DNA from: Eledone cirrhosa
Taxonomy: Eukaryota
NCBI GenBank assembly: GCA_964016885.1
Contig: OZ024741.1
Coordinates: forward strand, 1,240,001-1,304,000
Reading direction: 5' to 3'
DNA: 64,000 nucleotides
Shown here: positions 25,292 to 34,432 of the stretch, piece after piece
How positions within the stretch are numbered: the first letter of the stretch is position 1
Layout of the letters: each line of letters starts with the position of its first letter
Notes under the pieces: model-generated
The model's database searches: none
Seen by the model: only the letters and a program-made list of their open reading frames with translations
Told to the model about the DNA's origin: nothing
Program-made: the position numbers and the translations under genes

Positions 25292-27272
25292 GACCTTAGA
25301 CGTTTCTGCCCTAGTAGACCTATAAGAGGTAAACCCCCCACCATAACCTCAATGGCAAAAAAGACTCCCATGGGAAGGTGGATTGGGTGGACCAAAGCTA
25401 TACGGACCCCCCAAAACAATGATCAGGTAAGAAAAATGGTCGCACATGCAATAGGGGCTAGTATCAAAACTACCACATATTTAAGTTCAACGAGAAGATC
25501 TACACCCAAAATGAGGGAGCAGCCATCGGCGTCATCATAGCTGGTGATGTTGCCAACCTTTTCATGGTATGGTGGGAAAGGAGACTTAAAGATCTCCTTA
25601 ATGAGAGCTCCATAGACCTCATCATGTACTCTCGTTATGTAGATGATATCAATATAGTTATAAGAACACCCCCACTAGAGAGCACTAACAAGTTTGATTT
25701 AGAACGTAGCACGATGGAAAGCATCCAGCAGATAGCTAATTCCATACACCAGAGTATAACTGTAACTATCGACTTCCCTTCCAAACACCCTAACAATAGA
25801 CTACCTGTATTAGACACAGAACTCTGGATTAACACTCTAGTCGAGGGAGCCCAAATTCTCCACTCAGACTATGCTAAACCCATGGCCTCCAAATACCTGA
25901 TACTCAAAAACTCAGCAATGTCCAGTAGTGCTAAGTTTAATATTCTGATCGCAGATTTGGTACGAGTGATGAAGAATGTGTCCCGCATGTGCGACCCAAC
26001 AGAAATGGAAAGACACATCCAACACTTCATCAACCGCATGCAGTTCTCTGGCTACAACTAAAGAGACAGAGTCAGAGTATACGAAGGAGCCATGGAGAAG
26101 TATAAGACCCTCATAGAACTTGACATGAAAGGAATTTGCCCATTATACAGGAGAAAATCATGGAATAGCTTAGATAGGGCTAGACATAAGATAGGGTAGC
26201 CACCTCATGGTACGACAACCAGAGATATCAGAGTGTCATGTTTGTGGACGCTACCCCTGGAGGGAAATTAGCTAACCAGTGTAGAAAGGCCCTGAGAAAG
26301 ACCCACTTGAAAATAAAGGTGGTAGAAAAGCCAGGAACCACCATAAAATCCCTGATCAGCAAAACCTACCCTTTTAAGAAAACCCACTGTACCAATAGGA
26401 AATGTATCATATGTAAGGTGAACCCCCGGATAAACTTTAAACTAGAAACGTAGTCTATAGCATAAGATGTACAGAGGGTACTTGCAGAAACATGACAACA
26501 ACATACATAGGTGAGACAGCTCGTAGCATAGGTGAAAGGATAGACCAACACTGGGGGGAACTAAAAGGACGAAAAAACGGGTCAGTACTATACGAACATG
26601 CTAGACAACAACATGACGGTAACATAGACAACATAGAAATTAGAATAATATCTAAACATAGAAATGACCCAGCAGTTAGGCAAATCAGAGAGGCCAGTGA
26701 AATAGAAATTAGAAGACCAAGGCTAAACAGAAAGAATGAATAATAACAACAACACCCAAACAAACAACACTGACCTAAGAGATGTATAAATAAGTAAATA
26801 AAATAAAATAAATAAATAAATAAATACATACACAAGCACAATAACAACAAGCACATAAACACACACTAGTCACCCATCACACAGCAAACAAAACACTATA
26901 CACACACGCAAACGCATGCGCAAAGAAGACAAAATAAAATAAACAAACAAGCAAATAAATAAATAAATATATAGACAGACTGAATAAAAATGGCGTAGAC
27001 ATACAATACAACAGGAGGAAAATATAGCACCACTGACGATGTTGCAGATGTGCAACGAAAGATTTATGATAAACTATATATATGTGTTTGTGTCTATATT
27101 GTATCTGTATTATTTTTGACCGTCGGTCAGTCAATGGCAACATTGAGGACCGAGTAAGTTAGATTACCGATATAAAAGACACAGAAGCGAGAAGCGAAAA
27201 CCAACCATACAGTGAGTGTGTTCTGTTATTAATTCTGGCAATATTACACAAATATGACCCTCCCCAAGTATA

Positions 27273-27277
<5 letters not shown>
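25292..27277 (+). mobile_element. 5'-truncated, pseudogenised Penelope-like element, Naiad-type (copy 2)
   Basis: RT region 'CPSRPIRGKPPTIT...W', 'FKFNEKIYTQNEGAAIG..IAGDVANLFM', 'YSRYVDDINIV', 'LPVLD', then GIY-YIG 'YIGETARS'. It carries a premature TAA at 26059 and several frameshifts. The pLTR has an HHR and ends at (TA)n. Confidence 0.92.
27022..27079 (+). ncRNA. Minimal type-I hammerhead (HHR-B), copy 2
   Basis: ATATAG-CACCA [CTGACGA 27033-27039] T GTTGCA-GATG-TGCAAC [GAAA] GATTTA TGAT-AAA-CTATAT. Confidence 0.65.
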
Positions 27278-27309
<32 letters not shown>

Positions 27310-27336
27310 GGGTGTGTATGATTGTGTATAGAAGAT

Positions 27337-27691
27337 TATATTAATAAAAGGAATTCCAACTTTGTCTGATTTACTCGTTTTATTTACAATCCTTTAAAAT
27401 TTATAACGGTATTAGAATGAAATAGTATGGTAGAATATTAAATATTAAGTGTTAATTGAACAAGTACTTTCATGCTTTCGCAATCTTCAGATTCATATTG
27501 TGTGGTGACAGTCAAGTTTGCAATTTTCAACTGTCAGTTGAAAATTACGAAAGCATGAAAGTACTTGTTCAATTAACACTTAACATTTAATATTCTACCA
27601 TACTATTTCATTCTAATGCCATTATACATTTTAAAGGATTGTAAATAAAACGAGTAAATCAGTCAAAGTTGGAATTCCTTTTATTAATATA
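27337..27691. mobile_element. ~150-bp-arm fold-back made of two inverted PLE pLTR termini (family C)
   Basis: 27337-27489 is the near-identical reverse complement of 27539-27691. Each arm carries an HHR motif and AATAAA and ends in TATA. A nested 12-bp palindrome lies at 27522-27546. Confidence 0.8.
27457..27495 (-). ncRNA. Minimal type-I hammerhead (HHR-C) with palindromic loop III
   Basis: The minus strand reads TGAAT [CTGAAGA] T TGC-GAAA-GCA T [GAAA] GTAC [T-T] GTTCA. Stem II is GNRA-capped, AAGTACTT is palindromic, and stem I is TGAAT/GTTCA. The mirror copy at 27538-27571 has a mutated core (TTGAAAA). Confidence 0.7.
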
Positions 27692-27835
27692 TATATATAA
27701 TGAAAAATTAGAAATTAGAAGTTAGGACTATCCGTCATCAGTTGTCTACTATGCATCATAGGTATTACTTCGCGTTAGAGACAAGATACCTTAGCCCAGG
27801 GCGATTCAGATATAGATGTATATAGATGTATGTAT

Positions 27836-28197
27836 ATGCGCGGGGACGTAGAAATAGTCGGGCTGGATAGTCGATCGCGCGGTTAAACCACTGGGAGTGA
27901 AGGATCCCTAGCCTTTGTCAGGGCATTCTTCTAGGAGAAGGCAACTCAGGAAACTGGGATAACTCCGATATAAAACCTGCGGCTCAGTAGTTACCGATAA
28001 TGTTGATCTTTTCTTCTTTTTGGGTTATAGCTACTGTCGCTCAGAGAGTCAGAGAGTGGGATTGGCTCAGTGCACAGTCTTTCCGCACTTTAAAAAAAAT
28101 CTTCATGCACAGGCATTGCACGATAGAATTAATTAATAATTATTAGTAATGGTATATCGTGCAATGGCCATTCTCAATAACGAGGGGGAAGCCATCA
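27836..28197 (+). mobile_element. Non-autonomous bipartite RTE derivative (5' UTR piece fused to 3' terminus)
   Basis: The 5'-UTR motif AGCCTTTGTCA.GGCA...CTAGGAGAAGG..AACTC is shared with 30188-30230. The 3' end ATGGCCATTCTCAATAACGAGGGGGAAGCCATCA-(TATG) is shared with 29935-29970 and 30544-30577. Confidence 0.7.
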
Positions 28198-28210
28198 TTT
28201 ATGTATGTAT

Positions 28211-29452
28211 GTTCTTCTGGTTTTATAATTTCACAAATATTTATCAATAGAGAGAGAGAGTCGGTTTCTAATATAGACACAATACTCTCTCATTGGAATT
28301 AACTAGGTAGATTATGTATGCATGCATGTGTAGATATGGATGTTATTGTATGTGTGGATGTGTATGTTTTGAGTTGTATGTGTGCATGTGTATATGCTTT
28401 GTATCTGTACATGTGTATATGCAGTTATTAGATGCAAAATTTTTGGAATGTTTTACATATTTTTACAGGATTGTACTTGTAATTTCCTAACTAGTTGAGC
28501 CTAGCTTCTCAAGATTTGTATTGAGGCAGTTACTAACATACCCCAGTGCCCCAATAATCACAGGCATAAATCTGAAGGTGTAATCAGGGTGGAGTATCTG
28601 CAGATTTCTCATCAGTTCTATTTAGATATTCTCCTTTTCGCTAATCTTTAATAGTATATTGCCATCTGCTGGGCAGCTAACTTCCGCTAATGTGCATGTC
28701 TTCTTATCCCTGTCCCATATCATAATATCTGGTCTGTTATGCCTGCATTTTATTGGGGTTTTTACTGGAACATTCCACCAGTGCTCTTTTATATTATGTA
28801 TATGTATGTCTTCCACATTGCTGTAGCTTTTAATGTGTTTATTGTCGGGGCTATCTTTTCTACTGATTGCATTGTACAGTGTTTTGGACACTACATCATG
28901 CCTCATAGGTAGATAGTACCACGATGACATCTTTCGACAGCTGCTGATGACATGGGTGACATCTTCGATGTTAATTCTGCAGAGTCTGTTATCACATCTA
29001 GGTGTTTTGCCTGCATCTCTATCTCTTATGTGAATCAGGTATTTCGTGTTGATTTCCTGTTCTTGGATTGCAAAAGCGTATCCTTCAAAGTGGGAGCCAA
29101 TATAGCTGTTGTTGGTCCAAGATAGACTACTTTCCTTATCTATATTACTCTCACTTAGGAGTTTCCTGGCAACATATCCATGCATGATTTTTTGCTGATA
29201 AGCATGCAGTTTTTCATCCATGGATTCACTGCGATACTGCTGAGCGACTTCCCTTGGTGTGAATTTTTGATTATCACACAGGGAATATCTCTTGAGGAGC
29301 TCCTTCCCAACTCTCATGATTTTATCTGTTTCATGCAGATAGACCTGCTCGAGAGACGAGCTCCTACGCTTCGAGGTTCGTAGATGTTGTCGGAGGGATA
29401 TGATGCGACATTCAAATGCTGTCTGGACTGATGTTAGGCCTCTGCCTCCCTG
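28211..29452 (-). mobile_element. 5'-truncated R4/Dong-type (RLE) LINE, copy 2
   Basis: Homologous to 4800-5900 and flanked on both sides by (TATG)n. Confidence 0.88.
28622..29317 (-). pseudogene. RLE LINE C-terminal fragment: CCHC zinc knuckle and restriction-like endonuclease
   Basis: Motifs 'MHG', 'FAIQEQEINTKY', 'C..RLC....EDVTHVISSC', 'RHD', 'RPD', 'EVSCP' and 'EK'. A premature stop follows EKENI. Confidence 0.85.
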
Positions 29453-29453
29453 C

Positions 29454-29536
29454 GTATGTATGTATGTATGTATGTATGTATGTATGTATGTATGTATGTA
29501 TGTATGTATGTATGTATGTATGTATGTATGTATGTA
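29454..29536. repeat. (TATG)n microsatellite
   Basis: Direct reading. Confidence 0.97.
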
Positions 29537-29970
29537 TCACGGCAAAACCACAGGAGAAGTAAGACCAGTTGTTGACTACCAGGCTGCTGTTGGAGATGCT
29601 ACTCATCATGCGTGCCAAGCATGTGGTAGAGAATGTAAATCAGCAGGAGGGCTCAAACGACATGCAAAAGTACATGAACTCCAACCACAGCCGGCTATTG
29701 CCAGTGAATGTTTTGGTTGCCGACCCTGTGCCACACATTTTAGATCAATGGCTGGGCTAAAAAGCCACATTCGATCGCAACGCTGTTAATTGCTATCGTG
29801 TGTGTGTATAGATATGTTTATGTGTGTGCGTGTGTGTATACATATGTATATTATTATTGTTGTTGTTGTCGTTATTATTATTGTTGTTATTATTATTATT
29901 ATTATTGTTATTATTATGTTTTTTTTCTCGTGCAATGGACATACTCGATAACGAGGAGGCAGCCATCATG
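29537..29970 (+). mobile_element. RTE-clade LINE 3' end with tandem C2H2-like fingers and a microsatellite-interrupted 3' UTR
   Basis: CQACGRECKSAGGLKRHAKVH and CRPCATHFRSMAGLKSHIRS-stop resemble the RTE C-terminal CxxC...GLxSH motif. The shared RTE 3' terminus lies at 29927-29970. Confidence 0.7.
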
Positions 29971-30006
29971 TATGTATGTACGTATGTATGTATATATTTA
30001 TATGTA

Positions 30007-30577
30007 TTCCAGTACAACCTGTCCCATGGTCGGGTCGTTGGCGACTAAACTGGCAACCCCACCAAGGTTTCTTGGTGAGGAGGGTGACTTTGGACATCCT
30101 GCAGGACTAAAAACAAAACCTGTCAAAGGGCAAAGGAGCTCTTAAGAGTCAATGGCCATCCAAAATCACCGGGAGAGATGACCCCTTAGCCTTTGTCAAG
30201 GCAGAATTCTAGGAGAAGGAAACCTCTGATATAACACCTGCAACCCTGATGGTATCCAATGATGTTGATTTGTTCTTCTCTTTGGTAAATATCATCTTGG
30301 TTAAGAGAGTGGGACTGACTTTGTGCAGTGCCTTTGCTCACTATAAAAGCTTCACGACACAGGCATTGCTTTATATCTGGAGATCTCTCTGCACTTGTCA
30401 CATGGTACCATGGGCCCAGCACTATTTGTCAATCATTGTCACAAGTGTAGTGTTTGTACCAGAGTTTTCAAGTCGCTGGCTGGACTAAAAAGTCACACTC
30501 GTTCAGCGCATCGGTAAGGGTTCTCCTACATGGATATAAAGTAGTGGCCGTACTCGAAAACGAGTTGGCAGCAACCA
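30007..30577 (+). mobile_element. Second bipartite/internally deleted RTE derivative (5' UTR, last zinc finger, 3' end)
   Basis: The 5' part is homologous to 27890-28120. 30440-30517 translates HKCSVCTRVFKSLAGLKSHTRSAHR*. The 3' end reads GTGGCCGTACTCGAAAACGAG...GCAGCAACCAT. Confidence 0.7.
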
Positions 30578-30630
30578 TATATTTATATATACATACATAC
30601 ATACTTACATACATATATGTATATATATAT

Positions 30631-32180
30631 ACAAAAGGGAAATTAACTACAAACCGTAAAATCCAGGCTACTGGTGTTACCCTGCCTAAAAGACTGAATG
30701 TTGCTCGTCTTACGATAATAGTGTGAAGAGGACATTGCAAGAAGAGATGAATGTTGCAGATATTGGTGAAGATTGGCCGACCCTTAAAAAGTCGGTTTAT
30801 ATAGGCAGGCGTGTTCTGGGATTGGTACAAAGAAAGCATCAAGACTGGTTTAAAGAAAATATGAACATATAGATGACTTGTTGGCTGATAAGAGGCATGC
30901 TCTGTCAAGCTACTTGACAGCAAAACCACAGGAGAATATGTTGCATAAGGAACTCAAGGATGTGAAATCACGTTTGAGGCGGAGTCTTTCTCAGATGAAG
31001 GATAAGTGGTGGAGTGAGAAGGCTGATGAGTTACAAGATGCATCGGATTCCAGTAACACAAAGCTGTTGTACAGTCTCTTGCGTGAAGTTTATGGACCGT
31101 CTTCTCTGGTGACACCGCTTCGCAGCAAGGATGGCAAGGAACTTCTTCGTGACTCGCAGGGCACTTTGATGAACTTTTGAATCAGCCGTCTGTCGTGAAT
31201 GAAGATTACCCCAATCTGATCCCTGAAAAACCCGTGAAAGTAGCTCTCGCAGTACCACCGACGTTAGAGAAGATTGCAGTAGCTGTCTCGAAGCTGAACA
31301 GTGGAAGGTCTCCAGGTATGGAGGGCATACATGCAGAGCCCTTACAATATGGTGGTGAGAGACCCCTGCAACATCTTCACTCTTTGTTTGGCAGGATATG
31401 GGCTAATGAATCCGCACCTGAGGACTGGAGAGATTCAGTAATGGTGATCTTGTACAAAGAAAAGGGTAACAAGAATGATTGTGGGAACTACAGAGGTATA
31501 TCATTGCTTTCTGTCGTAAGGAAAGTTTTATGTAGGGTGCTCCTGTACCGTCTGCTGACACACATTGCAGATTGTGTTCTTCCTGAAAGTCAATCTGGTT
31601 TTCGTGCTGGACGCGGCACTACTGATATGATCTTCTCAGCTAGACAGCTCCAGGAGAAGTGCATGGAACAAGGTTTGGATCTGTATCAGGTTTTTGTCGA
31701 TCTGACAAAAGCTTTCGATACTTTTAATAGAAATGCATTGTGGAAGGTTCTCCAGAAACTTGGTTGCCCTGATAACTTCCTTGCTTTGGTTAGGTCTTTC
31801 CATGACGACATGAAGGCTTGGGTTAATGTCGGAGGTAACATGTCGGAGCCTATCTCAGTGAAAAATGGAGTGAAATAGGGGGATATTCTATCACCCTGTT
31901 TGCCATATACTTTGCGATGGTTTTTTTATATTGCATTCAGGAATTGCGAACATGGTGTTTACATCCAATATCGAATCTCTGGCAGCATATTTAACACCAG
32001 GCACTTTGCTGCAAAAACAAAAGTATTTACATCAATCATAAGAGACCTATTGTATGCAGATGGTTGCGATCTTCTAGCGCACATAGAGATTGATATGCAG
32101 CACATTTTGAATACATTTTCTGATGCTTGCACTGCCCTAGGATTAACTGTCAGTCTCAAGAAAACTGTTGGCGTTTACCA
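30631..32180 (+). pseudogene. RTE-clade LINE fragment: linker and RT domains 0-5
   Basis: Motifs 'KRLNVARL', 'WWSEKADELQ', 'GRSPGMEGIHAE', 'CGNYRGISLLS', 'LPESQSGFRAGRGTTDMIF..RQLQEKC.EQ', 'FVDLTKAFD', 'GVK*GD.LSP' and 'LLYADG' (YADD mutated). It contains stops and frameshifts. Confidence 0.92.
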
Positions 32181-32302
32181 ACAAAAGCTAAGTTTAAAAA
32201 AAATGAATAAAAAACCTCCCACAGAAAAACAATCAACAAACAAAACAATAAAACCCCATCCTTTTCACCTGGAATTACAACATCAACAACAATAATAATA
32301 AT

Positions 32303-32760
32303 GGTTTCTACTATAAGGCACAAGGCCAGCCTTTTGGGCGCAGGGGAAAGTCGATTAACTCGACCCCGGTGCGTTACTGGTACTTTATTTCATCGACACC
32401 GTAAGGATGAAAGACAAAGCTAACCTCGGTGGGATTTGAACTCAGAACGTAAAGGCTCGTAACTCTATGGTGCAACGCATGTCGTCCGACGCTCTACCGA
32501 TACTGCCAATCCACTGCCCTAATAATGATGATAATAATGATAATAATAATAATTATAATAACAATAATAATTGTTTCTACTTTTGGCACAAGGCCAGCAA
32601 TTATCCCAGTGCATTACTGGTACTTTATTTTATCGACCCCGTAAGGATGAAAGGCAAAGTTAACCTCAGCGGGATTTGAACTCAGACCATAAAGGGCTGT
32701 AAGTCTTTGCTGCAAAGCATGGCGTCCGACCCTCTACCGATACTGCCAATCCACCACCCT
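32303..32760 (-). mobile_element. Two tandem tRNA-derived Nin-domain SINEs (32303-32520, 32573-32760)
   Basis: The minus strand has A-box TGGCAGTATCGG, B-box GAGTTCAAATCC, a Nin-like core GCCTTTCATCCTTACGGGGTCGATAAAATAAAGTACCAG and the tail CCTTGTGCC..TAGAAAC-(ATT)n. Confidence 0.88.
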
Positions 32761-33499
32761 AGTTCAATAATAATGATAATAAATTTGTTTATTAGCTCGA
32801 AGAAACTAATAAAAGATTTAAAAACTGATGTGAAATATTAGTGCATGGATGAAGGGTTAGGTGTTAGTTAAACAGCTCTTTAACATTTGCTCGGGAGACA
32901 AAAACAAAACATTGCGTTTGTTTATCTTCTTTGTTTAAATATTTTTCTTTCTTTCCTGGCCACCTATCGTGATACAGGAATAATTAATTAAACACCTGAC
33001 TAATTAACTGAAACCTAATTCAGTTTTTTGTATGTGTGTGTTAAACCGGAAGCGTTAGAAATTTAACAGAGCGACGCGTTTCTAAATCTAGCTCGCCATT
33101 GCTGTATTTAGAATCTAAATACAAGGAAGGAGGAATATGTAATAGTTATGATGGTACAAGAGTTAGAAAGTGGGGGGGGGGGTGAAGGTTGTGGTGGAAA
33201 GATGAGAAGGAAAGAGTAAGATAAAGATAAAAAAGGGAGAGAAAGCGGAAGAGAGAAAGTAGAAAAGGGGCCGCTTTTATCTCAGCTGTGTAAAAGAGTG
33301 CATGTTTAGTACATATTGTTGATGAGTGGTATAACGGCAGGTGAGCCATGACCGAGCAGGAACACAGTGAAGCGGCTGAGTATTTAGGTGTAAACCATAG
33401 TTTTAGAAATACATCCGCCTCAGACATATTTAAAGGCTGTAAAGAGCTGAAGCAGATACCGCAATTCTGCTAGCGACAACAACAACAATAATAATAATT

Positions 33500-34432
33500 G
33501 TTTCTACTTTTGGCACAAGGCCAGCAATTACCAGTGTATTACTAGTACTTTATTTTATCGACCCCGTAAGGATGAAAGGCAAAGTTAACCTCGGCGGGAT
33601 TTGAACTCAGAATGGCAAGGGCCGTAACAACAATAATAATAATGCTTTCTTATATAGGCACAAGGCTAGCAATTTTGGGGGAGGGGAAAGTCGATGAAAT
33701 CGACCCCAGTGCGTAACTGGTACTTTATTTTATCGACCTCGTAAGGATGAAAGGATTTGAACTCAGATCATAAAGGGCCGTAACTCTATGCTGCAAAGCA
33801 TGGCACCCGCAATAATAATAATACAAGTTTCTGATTTAGGCACAAAGCCAATAATTTGGGGGGAGGGGAATGTCGATCAAATCGACCCGCAGTACATTAC
33901 TGGTACTTTATTTTGTCGACTCAGTAAGGATGAAAGGCAAAATTAACCTCGGCGAGAATTGGGATCAGAACGTAAAGGGTCGTAACTCTATTCTGCGAAG
34001 CAGGGTGTCCATCCCTGTACCGATACTGCTAATCCACCACACTCAAAGCTATAATAATAATAATAAAGATTTCTACTTTAGGTGAAAGCCATCAGTTTAA
34101 TTGGGAAGAGAATATATTGACCCAAGTGTGTTACTGGTACTTTATTTTATCGACCCGGGAAGGATGAAATGTAAATTTGAACTCGGTGGAATTTGAACAC
34201 AAAATGTAAAAATCCGGAAGAATACCGCAAGGTAATTTTTCCGATGCTCTAAGGATACTGCCACTCGTAATTCTAATTTAGGCATAAGGTCAGCAATTTG
34301 TGAGGACGGCAAAATCGATTATGTCGCACCAAGACTTGAGTGGTACTTTATTTTATTGAAAGAATGGAAGGCAGTGTTGAGCTCGGAGGTATTTGAGTTT
34401 ACAACGTAAAGAGCAGGAAAAATACTTTAAGG
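33500..34432 (-). mobile_element. Five further stacked SINE copies (partial or diverged) separated by (AAT)n
   Basis: Copies start at about 33500, 33644, 33827, 34070 and 34270. The last is cut by the satellite. Confidence 0.85.

Noticed and set aside
11803-25299. Dozens of long poly-Val/Cys/Ser/Thr ORFs resembling metallothionein, mucin or keratin-associated proteins
   Set aside because: They are translations of (GTA)n/(GTT)n arrays, open in several overlapping frames, with no unique domain or splice context.
25292-27000. Selenoprotein-type Naiad (in-frame UGA plus SECIS)
   Set aside because: The interruptions are TAA/TAG codons and frameshifts that are absent from the other copy. I saw no UGA at conserved Cys positions and no evident SECIS.
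27700-27810. Additional hammerhead (minus-strand CTGATGA at 27735-27741 with a GGA-TAG-TCC hairpin)
   Set aside because: No GAAA follows stem II and there is no cleavage triplet or stem I. At most it is a decayed PLE remnant.
29537-29789. Host C2H2 zinc-finger gene
   Set aside because: It lacks TGEKP linkers, starts at a microsatellite and is followed by the RTE 3' terminus. It is better explained as an RTE ORF C-terminus.
32420-32520. tRNA gene
   Set aside because: A and B boxes are present, but there is no cloverleaf and the sequence continues into the SINE body. It is a SINE head.
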